Assembly: GCF_023055435.1 (NCBI RefSeq)
Contig: NW_025964223.1
Location: 28,210,001-28,274,000, forward strand
Length of the DNA: 64,000 nt
Origin: Haliotis rufescens
Taxonomy: Eukaryota
Reading direction: 5' to 3'
Part shown: piece after piece, positions 1 through 13,049 of the stretch
Numbering within the stretch: the first letter of the stretch is position 1
Layout: every line of letters begins with the position of its first letter
The notes under the pieces: model-generated
The model's input: only the letters and a program-made list of their open reading frames with translations
Database searches by the model: none
What the model was told of the DNA's origin: nothing
Translations under genes and position numbers: made by a program

Positions 1-1000
1 TTGGATACTTGACGGGAACTCGACTTACCCAGTTCGACAAATACGAGTGAAACTGATGATACATATAAAAGGATGTAACAAATATTATATTTGGGATATA
101 ATCTCATTGAAATCAGATCTAAGTTCTCGCTGACGCTAAACAAAGATCTGAGGACACCCCATTACGGGTCACGTCAGAACCGTTATGGGAGTTCAAGTTC
201 GACACACCGAGGCTCGACTTGTTTACGACAGAACAGAGATATACCCATGCTTGCCGGATTTCAGCCCTGTTACACCAATGCATGTACGCCCACCGAGGTA
301 GATGTTGCAGGTCTCAGTAGTGGAAGAACCGTGAAGGGCTTCCTCCAGGTCTCCGAGGCTATTAAGGAGGTAACGTGTCCGTGTGCTAGTTGCAGAATTG
401 ATTAGAGAGTGGGGTTGGAAGTTGGATTTCATCAGTTAGAGTGTATTTGCACTGCGACGAATGACCTCAATGCCCTGCCAAATGTGGAGTGCTTGTGTAA
501 CTGCTTTTGAACTTTGGTCTTTACTACTAGTTGTAATGAGATCAGGAAATTGTCCGACAAGATCAATGATTAGTTACGCTGATACTCCAGTATTAAGTGT
601 ACACACGGACATCTCAGGCAAATTACTTCAATGACATGGGTTCGTGAAAGGTGTGAATTACATTGTACATACAATTACAGAATGTAGGTGTTTGCTTTAA
701 AGTTTCTAAAACGTCACGTTTTAAATTGTCAAAAGTTTGATGTCAGACTATGTAAGTACGCTGCTTCATGTAGGAATTCTCTGTAGAGTAGATACACGCA
801 GAGCATTCCAAAGTGCCCAAAGAAAGTGCGAATATCACCACGTTCCTCTTATCTGCTCAAGACTCGAACATGTACTGGCTACCGCCATATAATTAGAGAA
901 TCATCAATGAGCTACGAACAATGAAACTATAAAGGCCCGATTCGTTGGCGAGGGACTTACATTAATCGAATACACAATACCTTTTCAAAAGTGGTCAAAT

Positions 1001-1162
1001 GTAACAAATGTTATAATTGGGACCACCTTTCTTAGCAAAGTACAAATTATAGTAGTTTGGGTTGAGTTCCATCCTGGATTCGAACCCACACTCTCAGAAT
1101 GAGGCACCTAATCGCCAGCGCGTAAAGTCAGCGATGTAACCCACTCAGTCCCCGAGGCTTCC
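1001..1162 (-). mobile_element. tRNA-derived SINE-like repeat, family A
   Basis: Minus strand reads GAAGCCTCGGGGACTGAGTGG (A box)...GGTTCGAATCC (B box)...TATAACATTTGTTACA. Homologous copies lie at 20036-20195 and 36630-36867, and a tail fragment at ~73-98. Confidence 0.75.
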
Positions 1163-2184
1163 AAAAAAATGTTGTCAAACAACTGGTAGACCAGATCATG
1201 TACGTTCAGTACCCCTCTGATGAGTGTAAATGGGCTCGGTTTCCATGATCGAAAGCTGTAAATACACTAAGCCTTTTAGGAAGTGGTCAAATTTAAATTG
1301 TAATTTCATCAAATACATGAGATAAATAAGTTATAAAATTTCTCACAAAGCCATGGTCGGATAATAGGATGTTACTTATAGTGAGTTATAACATACCTAT
1401 GTCACAGGGATAATTTATTGACATGATGAATTATCGATCTCCTTCGTTGTGGTACGGTTATACATAATTCACAAGGTCATGACCATCATTCATTGTGGCA
1501 AACAGACCCCTACTTTAGTCTTGTCTTTATGTATGTCGTTATTCACGTTAAACTAAACGATAAAATTCAGTGCAAATAGCCCATGCATAAGATAGCGATC
1601 TTAAGGATTTACAATGATTGTGGATCTGATATTGTTTCGTGCAAGCGTCCAAGTATAGTAGTACCAACTATTGACCTCCGTCGGTTAGGTTTATAAGTTT
1701 ATGTTGGGCACTTGAACGAGAACGTGTATGGAATTATTCACTGTCCCGCAACATTGCGTCTCCAATGCACTGTGCCATGCCCACGGATCCAACATGCTCG
1801 CCGAATGACTGACAGTCAATATCGCCATTCGTGCCTTACACGCAAGCCTGTTCTTACTTTCCTGTACACGAAGCGATCATCTCTCGGGAAATCGGCTTTA
1901 GAATCACTGCACAAACATCCCTGTATATGAATCTAGACATGTCTGATTGACTGTAGATCAGATGTACTCCCCACACTTACTTGGATGTGACAAAGTTGCG
2001 AGAATTTGTGAATTATCAGCGATAAATCTACCATATGCCAAACATAACATTTCTTGTTCAATAATCTGAGATATTTTAAATGACATGCCTGTGTTCCGAA
2101 TGCATTTGCATCATGTATAGTTATAGGACGTTTAGCGGGTTTCCATTAATTAGTTTTTGAAATCATAGCCAATGAAAAACTTTT

Positions 2185-2185
<1 letters not shown>

Positions 2186-2221
<36 letters not shown>
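2186..2221. repeat. (CA)n microsatellite
   Basis: Pure CA run. Confidence 0.97.
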
Positions 2222-2223
<2 letters not shown>

Positions 2224-4700
2224 GACTGGAAGCCAGTGCAATTCCTTGAGAACAGAACTCATGTGTTCGCACTTTCTGGTGCGTGTTATTACTCTTGCTC
2301 CCGAATGTTAGACCTCTGTTGAAGTTCTACATTCTCTGAGGCTGTTCCATCTGTATACACAGACTTACGTCGGTATGATATATATGATTTACTCCTCTGT
2401 AGTGCAATATCAACAACTTCAACCCTCTTATCGAGGATTTTTAGTAGAACTTTGTGATCTACAGTGTCATACGCGGTGAAAAGTCAAGCAAACCCATCAT
2501 AGCCCATGCATCTGTGTCAGTAGCACTTGTAAGTCATTCTGCACTCGAACGAGGGCAGTGTCCGTGCTGTGACTTTCCTTTAAGCCCGAGGAGCTTAGAA
2601 ATATAATTCTTCATGCCATCTTGATAAGTGGAATGACAAATGCTTCGTTCATTGATGGTGGCATCGTCCCCTCGGGGAGGGAAATGTTTATAGATGTGTT
2701 AGAAAAGGAACAATGGGATCGAGACATTTCTTAAGAAACCATGTAGGCATTGGGTCAAGTGCATAGAATTTGCCTCGGCTTTGCTCGATCATTGTCCGTA
2801 TATCAGTTTCATTTGTACGTTGAAAAAAACTCACCCTACAAATATCTTTCTTCACATCATCGACGTCGTCACAGGCATCGTGTCTTGACTTTTTCTGATT
2901 CCTGATATTTTGTCATAGAAGTATCGAGAGAAAGTGGCAGCAAACACCTGAAGAGATTCATAAGCTGGGAACACCCTATCCTTTAGAAAAGGAGCTTTTT
3001 TCGAATATCTGTCACACTTGATGCAGTGTTAAGTTCATCTGTGTAATTGTTCCTCTTTGTAAGTTCAGTTAACGCTGTTACACGATATCCCTGTGCATCG
3101 TGCACTTGTTTGTGAATGACCTAATCCAGTTTTCCTCATCAGTCTTTCGGGTGTCCGTCGTAATTGTGTTTCTGTGCGTAGTGTGTCATTGTACTACGCC
3201 GCTTCAGAATGTGATGTGACAGTGCGTCTTTGTTATTGGAGAATGTTTGTCAACAACATTCTTCATTACACTGCTGTACAAATCAACATAATCAATAAGA
3301 GACTTGTCTTTGTGTCCAGCTAAAGCACGCTCAAGATCTTATTTGAGATACTGCATATTAACGTTCTTCTTTCTTCCGAACAGGATGTCTCTTCTCTCAC
3401 GAACAGGTGCACAGACATTCAAACTGAAATAAAACAGCAAAGTGATCCGACCTGGAGGACTGGTCCAATTTAAGAAAAAATCTTTCATATCAAGTTCATC
3501 TGCCCTGGCGCTTATTAGAGTCAAAATATGCCCAAGTCATGTGTTGCTTCCGTGACATGCTGAGATAAGTAAAACTGCATCCTTGTTCTGGGACTTATCG
3601 TCATGAAAGTTTACATAGGATTAGGAGTAGGATAAGTTTTATTCCATACTGAAAGGCCTCGGACCCATAGTACAATTCTGTTTTTGGGAGTGGTTACAGA
3701 TCCGTTCAACAGGTCATATTCTAATTAACATAGCATGATAAATGAACATTTAAGTTGATGTCAAACAAATAGTATTCTGGGGACATTGCTGTCTTAAAAA
3801 GCTTGTAATAATTGCATTATTCTGAACTTAAACACGCGATGCCCATTTTTGTAAGTATATATCCTTAAGTCTTTGTCGTAAAGATACTAAAAATGAATCT
3901 TGATTGTTTGTTACACATTGATTATGCCAAACATACCCATACACGCAATCATTTAATAACGACTTTACATCATATACGTATACCCAATTGCGGATTCCAT
4001 TTTATTCATACAAAAGCATCATATTGTAACATTTTCTAGGTAATCTATCAATAGGCATTTTAAGAATCTTGAACTAATACTTGAGAATTCTAATATGTTG
4101 AAATCTTTCAAGTGGTACACGTCCACATTCACCATATACTATAACACTCGATGTAGAGTTTATTACGCCAAGGATTCGTTTACGAGCATAAAGATGGACC
4201 AGTTCAATAGTTCAATAGTGTATTCAGAAGTTTAAATAACCACATGGCAGTAGTTGCCCAGGACTAGTCACAAGATCTTCTAATAGTTATTGAAAATCTC
4301 AGAAAAAAATATATCCTCGTCCAGGTGGCCGGTGAACTACGATCAGAGTACTAGATTGTCTACCAATCTCTAGGGGAACAGGAAGAACTTCAAATGACGT
4401 TTGTTCATTCCTGACTTTCACTTTTGAACATTTAAAAGCAGATCTATGTATCACTGCCACAGCATCATCTTTTCTGGTAGCTCTAGCTACATTATTAAAC
4501 TTGCAGCGTAGAGGTGTCATTTTGCCATTTGCAATATGTATCGTCCTTCCGTTGCCATGAATATGATATCCACATTAGTATCCATAATCAGATCGCACAA
4601 TGACTAGACTAAATAAGTGACACGGTAGTGAGTCTTAGCTGATCTAGAGTTAATTATGCCAACTCTAATATCCAGTTGATTGGATGTTGTAGCTGTTATC
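2222..4700 (-). mobile_element. Decayed L2/CR1-group LINE (APE endonuclease + RT), interrupted by an RTE-X fragment
   Basis: Minus-strand peptides: IRVGIINSRS, FEVL..LIVVHRPP and QHVTEATHDLGHIL (endonuclease); ALDPMPTWFLKKCLD..MNEAFVIPLIK and HSTDTALVRVQND (RT); GARVITRTRKCEHMSSVLKELHWLPV (L2-type C-terminus). Many stops and frameshifts. Confidence 0.85.
3615..4215 (-). mobile_element. RTE-X-like LINE 3' fragment nested in the L2 element
   Basis: IELVHLYARKRILGVINSTSSVIVYGECGRVP motif; the 3' end has AATAAA followed by a CTTATCCT-type tail. Confidence 0.7.
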
Positions 4701-5558
4701 GCTCTTGTTTGAACAGATTCAGAAGTAAAATCCTTTGGGTTATTCCCACCCCACCCCTCCCCCGGCTTCTTCGCCATGTTTTTTCTCACACCACAGATCG
4801 ATTCTCTGAATTTATTGACGACAGCACCGTTGAGCTTCCACCGTTCTTTTAGTCTGTTTGTTTAGTTTGACGATATTAAATGAACATGCGCCCTTTATAA
4901 TATCGAAATCTTTATAGATCACGGGTTATCAAGCAATGCTCAGAAATGCATTATGCCACAGATATTGTCTCAATGTTTATTTCCGCTGTCCTTACAGACG
5001 CTGTCCTCTCCAGTCTTTTGTCACGCTCAGGCGCGTTAGCCAGCAAAACGACTAACGGCAGCTAATGAACCATAGCGGGTGGGTAGAAGCCAGAGCCCAG
5101 TTCCCCAAGAAGACTTACGTCGGATGCTCCGACTGTGCTATCAAACCCTATTCGGAACGTATTTTGTGGACCTGTTTCCGAAAGTGTTTATAAATGAACA
5201 TACACGATTGCATGATCAGATCACTCAAACTGAACAATCCCGATAACAAATTGCACAAGAACCCCTTGGAAGGATAGTACGGACAAGATGTGACTCAGTT
5301 GATCGTTCAAGGAAACTGAACCATTTCGATTGCACAGCCGAGATTCACGTTCTCAATGTCACAGAAAGTGCACTCGTTTCATAAAAATATATATCTAATG
5401 AGAATGAGTGTATTATTGTATAATGTTCAGACTACTTGTGATAAGTGAGACCTAGCAGAGTACATATACGTGGAGATGATCAATCCAGACCAATATCAGA
5501 CTGCATGTACGTGCTGGAGAACAGTTAGACCTACCAGATGACATGTAGTCAGAATATA

Positions 5559-7113
5559 TACTGAACACCAAAAGAAACGCGAATCAAGAAGGTATAGGAA
5601 ACATGATGTATTTTGTTTCAGCTGGTATAAACATAATAATGATGGATACAACACAATTCATTAGCAATAAGAAAGAGTCAGTTCTCTGGACATCAGAAAT
5701 CTTCTGTATCCATCAACACAACACCACGTGACCATGCTGAAGTCAACTGAAGTATGGGTACACCTCAATACCTGGTATGGCCCCCATTTGCATTCACAAG
5801 CGCGACACACCGTCTGTGCATGGAGTGAATAAGTGTTGATAGTGTTCATGGGGATGTGACGCCACACCTGCAAGATGGTAACCTCGAGCTGTGCAGCTGT
5901 CCTTGGCCTCGAACGCGCCATGTTCAAACGTCTCTGCACTTCATCCCACAAGTGTTCATTAGGGTTGAGATCAGGACTAAGAGCCGGCCAGGGCATGGTG
6001 TTGATATTGTGCTGTTGCAAGAAGGCTTGAGTAATCCTGGCGGTGTGGGGACGAGCGTTATCCTGTTGAAATTGGAAGTTGCCATGTCTTGCAAAAGACG
6101 GTACAACCTGGGGCCTCAACACCTGATCGATGTAACGCTGAGCAGTGACACTATTGCCCCTACCAGCTCCAACGTTCTGAAAGATTACAAGGTCAGTTCT
6201 CTGATTTAACCCTATTCCACCCCAAACCATGACACTAGGACCCCCCCCCCCCCCCCCCCCCCCCCCCCCACGAGTTCCCTTCAAGGACACACTGGTCATG
6301 ATAGCGCTCACCGCGACGTCGCCATACTCTAACAAGTCCATCGGCACGATCAACACAATACCGACTTTCATCAGAGAACAGAACTCTTCTCCACTGCTGA
6401 TGACGCCAATTCAAGCATGCTTGGGCCCACTGTAGTCTCAGGAGACAGTGACGTTGAGTGAGAACAGGACCTTGTGATGGTCGCCTACACTGAAGCCCTC
6501 TGTCACGAAGTCGCCGTCTTACTGTGTTGGAACTTACAGCCCTCCCGTGGTTTCCAATGACGTTCCTAGCAGTTGCACTGGCCGACAAGAAACGTTCTTG
6601 CAGATGTGACCTGTGAATGTGACGGTCCTGACGTTGTGTTGTCACACGTGGTCTGCCGGTACGATGCCTGTCTCTGGTCCTGTTGGTTGTCTGGAATCTT
6701 TCCTGCAGACGGAAGATGGTGGAAACGTGGATGTTTAAGGTGTTTGCAACTCTCTGAACACTCTCACCAGCTTGAAGTTCCCCAATAGCTCTCTCTCTCG
6801 ATCTGTGACAGTCGTGGCATTGTCACTGACGTTGATGAGTGAATGATTCACAGTGACACTTTCGTGGCTTTTAAAGACAACATCTTCACGGACAGTTTTT
6901 TCGGCATAAGCAGCACGTGCATTTCGTGCGTATCCATCCCACACTGACTTCAACGTCGGTGCGTTTGAGCGCTGTGGATTAAGAGTTAACTGCCCTTAAC
7001 TCTGGTTAGGGTCTTTGTGAAACAATTAAAGCCCATTACAATGGAACCATAGCAGCCAACCGTTTTCACAACCATTTTCCCATATTAAATAGGAACTCGT
7101 TTGGTGTTCAGTA
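5559..7113 (-). mobile_element. Tc1-family DNA transposon, full length, defective
   Basis: Termini TACTGAACACCAAA / TTTGGTGTTCAGTA flanked by TA. Frameshifted transposase with VLFSDESR, SVMVWGGI, FQQDNARPH, SPDLNPNE (DD34E). Confidence 0.93.
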
Positions 7114-7829
7114 TAAATACATGTACTTCATCAGTCAGATGTACCAGACTGCAAGAACATTCAGACCTAGCCGTTTGCACGTACGTGCATGTGATAACAG
7201 ACTGGATGTACGTACAGATGTTCAGTCACAATTACTATTCCTGTATATACAAGAAAACAAAGAGCATCACAGCACCAAAACCAATGGTGTAACTTCCAAC
7301 TACTGTGTGTGCGGTATCGCTGAGCATAGCGCCCATCACTGAATCAAGTGCTTCTTTACCAAATGTTACCTCTCATTATTGTAGCGCAATGTCTCTCTCC
7401 AACGAAGGACTTGATGTCTTCTATAGAAAGACACAATAGATACTACCCATTTCAAGTCAAAACAAAAGAGAAACTTTAAATAAATTGATAATGTAATCAT
7501 TCCCCATGACGTACCCTTAAACCCCCATGGATTCTTCACAAAATAATTGCAAGTAGATCACTTGGCGCCGAGTAATGATCAATCATAACACACAGACTAC
7601 ATGCTTATAAACAGCCTGACCAAACTATATGTGGGTGTTCATTCACAGAGAACATTCTCCTCGATCTATGCTGATCCTTCTGAGAATCACCATGTACGGT
7701 AAAGCAGTTTTTACCCTGAGTCGACATTTTTGTCATGTATTAGAATGTGTTTCCCATTACCGATTGTAGGTACCATCTTATATCTTATACGCTTGTCTGA
7801 CAGGAGAGCGACAGATCATTCAGTGCAAC

Positions 7830-9060
7830 ACTTATTAAATACTTGAAAATAGTTCCTTGGTACAGATGTATCGGACAAAAATGACTTTGATTAATGTTCG
7901 CCTATCTGGATATAACAAAGAAATATTGAACTTCTTATCTAGGTTTGATAAATGAATATCCCAAAATGAATTAATCTAGCCACGGTGTCTATGTCTTTAT
8001 ACAGTACAACAGGTTCTCATTTATTACGTTTGACTTTCTGGCTCAAAGTTAAAATAGGCCAAACAAGATTACTCTGGATAGGATAAAAAGCGCATCAGAA
8101 TTAAACTAAGCCAGGAATAGAAGCTTGATTGGTAGCATGATACGTTCATTTTACTAGGAGTTGACTTCAGTATTGATCTCCACGAAATTATTGACTTGAC
8201 ATTTTACAATGTTTTCAGAAACTGTAAAACATTCATGTATATTTGGTCATCAAAAAAGGTAACTTTATTACACAGTGTTAGAATCGTTTATTCTACCAAA
8301 ATATGACCATCTATTCAGGTCCACCACGTATTAAACTTAATAGTTTTTAAAAACGCGTGTTTCAATTATTTGGGGTGTTAAACCCAACAAAGTAAAAGAT
8401 GGGACGTGTAAAATGTCCCAGAATAATAGAATTGATACATGCACAAAAAATATCACTGATATGTATAGCATTAAAATCGATGTCAAAGTTGTGTCTATTA
8501 TTCCTTTTAAAAATAGGATAAAGGATAAAGACAAAAAGAGTATCAATTCTATTTCTTTAGTTGCACGAACGTGACAAAGCTAGAACGGTTCCAGTGTCAG
8601 ATTTTACATTATGTATTTCCAAGTAACTGTCTTCGTTAAAAAATGGGATACATGGACAGTAAATGTTGTAGCTATTGTTCTAGTGGAACAGAAAATGTCT
8701 CACATAGATTCTGGGAATGAAACAAAGTGCGGCCCATCGGGTGAGAGATGGAAACTTCGATAAGCATATCCAAAGGGAATATTTGGGTATTTATAAAAAA
8801 AATTCCATTAAACCTAATAATAATTTGGTCAAAACGAATCATTTTCAACTTTAGAAATGATAAATATCAATTTTCCAAATTATACAGAAGGAGCTCGCGA
8901 ATTGTATAAGTGAACTATGTATAAATCAATCAACAACTGCAATAGAGATTATTTCAATAAGCGTTAGTCAAGCTCACATATTATTCGTATGAATACATTG
9001 TTATGCAAAACCGTGTAAATGTTGTAGAAAAATATAAAAAAGTTATATAAAAAGAAGAAA
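7830..9060 (+). mobile_element. Tx1/L1-like LINE 3' part, decayed
   Basis: Peptides QTRLLWIG, FILLGVDFSIDL, SFILPKYDHLF, KLERFQCQILH and KMGYMDSKCCSYCSSGTENVSHRFWE (C-terminal Zn knuckle); A-rich end. Confidence 0.7.
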
Positions 9061-9179
9061 TCAAATTACAGTTGTGAGATCCACAAAACGTCCTACTGAT
9101 TTTACCAAGTGAAAGCTAAAGAGGTCACTTTCGTCTTCTCCATAATATGAATCATGACTGCAATCACTCAACACCTGGT

Positions 9180-9184
<5 letters not shown>

Positions 9185-9210
<26 letters not shown>
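9185..9210. repeat. (TA)n microsatellite
   Basis: Pure AT dinucleotide run. Confidence 0.9.
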
Positions 9211-9297
9211 GGAAATGCCTATTGGAAAACGTCATGTCTACCCGGTTTCAAGTGTTGTTAATTGGGTCATCGTGAACCAATTGCAAGAAAGGCCTTC

Positions 9298-9460
9298 GGT
9301 TGGTTGGTTTGTTAAACGCCGCACTCAGCATTATTCCAGCTGTATGACGGCGGTCTGTAAATAATCGAGTCTGGACCAGACAATCGAATGATTAATATCA
9401 TGAGCATCGATCCACGCAACTGGAATACGATGACACGCACCAATCAAGTCAGCGAGCCTG
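9298..9460 (-). mobile_element. SINE-like repeat family B, 3' part
   Basis: ...GATCGATGCTCATG...TTTACAGACCGCCGTCAT..GCTGGAATAATGCTGAGTGCGGCGTTTAAC plus (CAAC)n tail; five copies in the window. Confidence 0.8.
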
Positions 9461-10259
9461 GAAAGCCCTACGGCATAGATAACTACCAAGCACATTATTT
9501 GCGGATATAAAAACGATGGTTCGTGTGTACATGTAGGGCGGTTTGGGTTACAGTCTTTTATTTATCCGATGTCGCCAATAGTAAGATATTTGTGTCATCA
9601 TCCTTTATGCGTCGAAACTGCGAGTTGCTTGTTTGGATGAAACTTTCGTTAAACATATGATCTTCTCTTTTAAACATATTTTCAAGGGTTAAATTATCTG
9701 TCTGTACATGTTCTACTTCAAAAGTCAGAACTTCTTTATACACCTTTAAGTATCCTCAACCCAGATAGCACCATTCAATTTAGAGAACATAAACTTGTCC
9801 TCGGTCGCACAACTTTCTACAAGGCAAAAACAGACAGCACATCCATCTTGCCTTATTAAGAAACAATACGTGTCTTTCGCACTGTTTATGGGCGTTACTT
9901 AAACCTTATACCCTTCCGTCGAGAATACATTTGCGAGATCGAATATTCACATAGGGCATATAAACTTCTTCAACTGTAGAAGGTTTCTTTATAAACTCTC
10001 TGGCAGAAAGGAAGTCAATCAGCACTCTAACTTCCGATACAAGTCGTTTCGGCGCCACATAGTGGACACTCCTCTGCGATTAAACTGATATAAGAGCGTT
10101 ATCATTTCCGAGAAGTGGTAATTGCCAGGCAGTTAACCCATTCAAAAGCTTAGAACAAATGTTTGCTTCGTGAGGGTGTACTATAGACTATGAGGGTTAA
10201 TTTAACGCCTGCCTCAATGTCATCCCTTTTATTACTCGATAACCACCATCGGGGGTACA

Positions 10260-11575
10260 TGAGTTATACAGTAACATGCATAACAAAATTACAGTAAGAA
10301 ATTACAACAAGATGGTATATGCGGTAGAATGTATCAGAAGGAGAGCATTTAATGTTTAAGGTGTTGTGACAATTGTTTGTGCGTACTTTACGGTTTGCGA
10401 ACAGTTTACCATAGTTAATTACGTTTGGCCATTTTGTGTATTATTCATTAACACTTTCAGTGCGTAAGACTCCATGTAAATTATTCCTGACTAAATAGTG
10501 GAATTAGTCACCAATTACAAAATGTACATGTCCTCGTTGTATATTTTCCCGTTGACCTGTTTCTATTGGTAGTTTGCGATTCGTAGTTCTAAAATACAGT
10601 CAAGGTCTACAAATATGATCTTGAAGAATTAAAACTTCTGTGATCTCTGAGACTGCGCTAGGTGAGGTTTGGCCATTTTTTCCTCCATGAATGAAAAAAA
10701 GGGTCCTTAATTAAGAACTCTTTCTACTGATTTCACATTCCAATTTCTACTATACTCGCTTGGAATCTCAAAACCCGTAGGTAGGCCACAGTTACATAAG
10801 ATGTGTTTAGTATAGTTTAACCAGGGATTGAAATTACGATGTTTGTTGCGTTCTATGATATATTTCAGCGAAAATGATGCAATCTTATGATAAGCAATAG
10901 GTAATATTATGAACCAGTATGGTAGTGCACGTTTAGCAATTTTAATGCAATCTCTACCTATTGCGCCGTAGACTATATAAATTAATGTGTTAATTTTTTA
11001 AGCAGTAGCCAATTTTGCGAACTAGATGTACATGCTGTATTATATCTGCTTTCTCAGAGCAACACACTCAGAACAACCATGCAGTAGAATAGGTTCGACC
11101 AAAAGTAGAAACTCGGCAATGTAGAGGTAATTGCAAATTTCAGGCTCGCTTAGTGTCATTGAATCTGTCATGCCAATGTCGGCAGCAGATATTAAGGACC
11201 CAGTCATTCTCCTATTCTTATGTCATGTAAATCCTAATAATGTAAAACTGTCCACTATCTCTATTTATTGCTGCCGGAAATATAATAACTCCTTGCACTT
11301 ATGCGCTGGCCCTGACCCCCAAAAATATTTCTTGTGATCTTGAAGGAAACTTTCCATGTCGTTAAGGAAAACAGAAAATCAAATGAGTGATATTTACTGA
11401 ACAACAAAAGTTCCTGTGACATTGAAAAAGATTAAATGCAATTTTTTATTATTTTTTTTTACCAAATCTGAAACAATTTCTGAAACTAAAATATTGGTGT
11501 CACAGGAACTTTTGTTGTTGAGTATGCATTCCCCTTCCCTAACTCCAGATTATCATTGAAAGAATTAATGTCCTT
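10260..11575 (-). mobile_element. RTE-X-like LINE relic
   Basis: GVREGE (split from its continuation by a MITE), FSVFLNDMESFL, IVYGAIGR and FRTTNRKLPIETG motifs. Confidence 0.7.
11395..11524. mobile_element. 130-bp Tc1-type MITE
   Basis: 27-bp TIRs TACT(G/C)AACAACAAAAGTTCCTGTGACA with one mismatch; AT-rich interior. Confidence 0.9.
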
Positions 11576-13049
11576 ATAATTATGCATATGAATTATATTA
11601 TGTCACTTCCCTTACACCCCGCATTTAATTAATTTCATCCATAAGCATGATCTCCAAAATGGTAATTGTTAATTAGATCGTAACTAAAATTCGCAGCGGA
11701 TTTTGTATACATAGCACATTAAGATAATAATCAAATGACTGCTTGAAGAGAGTTGATTTGTTGGCATGTGATTAACATAACTTGAAATGGAACACTGACG
11801 TGTGATAGACTGAATTTGTGTGTGTTAACATACTTAAATGATAACAACTACTATACAGCCAATTATCGCGATAACGGTGCATTCCTGCCTCAGCTTTTCA
11901 ATCCGTGATTAGAAAATTAAAGAGGTACATGTTGAGAGCATTCTGTATAATCGTGTTTCCGCCAGCATACTTCCGATGTGCAAAGTGTTATTCAAATCGA
12001 TGAAGTGTTTCAAATGACTGGTAATACTTATAACCTATATCAAAATCGGACATCTTCTACCTCAATGGATATTTAGTTTTGTCTTTCTTTATTAATGAAT
12101 ATCTTGTATTTATGCAAGCAACAAGTCATATTTAAGTAGATACAATGTTAGGGTAATACTTCCGCTTTAGTGACCAGGCTATCAAAACTCTATTCAATAT
12201 CCATTTCAATTTGTTTTACCACATTTACACTATGCAAAAATACATTCCTTTGCAAAGCACGTGTTGCCTTTATGCTTGTTTATTACATAAGGCACAACAA
12301 GGACAAATTACATGTGCATGACATGACCATCACGATGTACCGGTCGTGATGGGAGAGGTAATTGCGTGCTCTACACAGGAATATGCACAAAAGCAACTTC
12401 ACCTTATTAAAAAGGTGATCAATCACTATAATGGAAGTGGTTTTAACAAGGAATGGAACATATAGGTGGCTTACAAAGAAGTGATAACCATTGACATAAT
12501 TGACTCCCATGAGTGTTTAAACCATGATGACATAGCACATATCTCACAGTGTACACCAAATTAGTATATAACTGTCAGCGAATGTCAAACATCGGCGCTT
12601 ATTAGAGTTGATTCATTACTTCTTGTCCTAATGAGGGTGAGGTGGGAGGTTATTAGACAACACGTAGTGCCGCATGTTGTCGCGTTTATATTTTGTTTGC
12701 GTCAAATATAAATTACCAAACGCTTCACGGATTAATGTATTTAATGATATATTTAGTTCAACTTTCTCGTATTTGATAAACAAAACGGCTATCACAGACA
12801 GAAGGTAAACGAACCTGCCAGTTCCACTGTCTGTTAAATTTCTAGAATCATCTGATTGGCCTTGTTTTCTGGCAATGGAATAATAATAATTTTTAAAGTC
12901 GAATAAAACTGTATAATGTTTTATTTTGAAGTTTACACGATATACGGCTTTTCTATTGGGCGAGAGTTCAGTCACATTACCGTCAAATTGACGTTCATAT
13001 GTTTTTGAAATGAGGTAAACACTGACGGACTTCTTCCACATTCCTGTGG

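Noticed and set aside
91-432. Short ORFs at the window start
   Set aside because: No recognisable motif or convincing splice context; they partly overlap repeat remnants.
6229-6435. Poly-Pro/poly-Gly proteins (also 50532-50786)
   Set aside because: They are produced by homopolymer runs inside Tc1 pseudogenes.
12628-13041. 137-aa ORF as a gene
   Set aside because: No recognisable domain, and the frame is not preserved in the duplicated unit.
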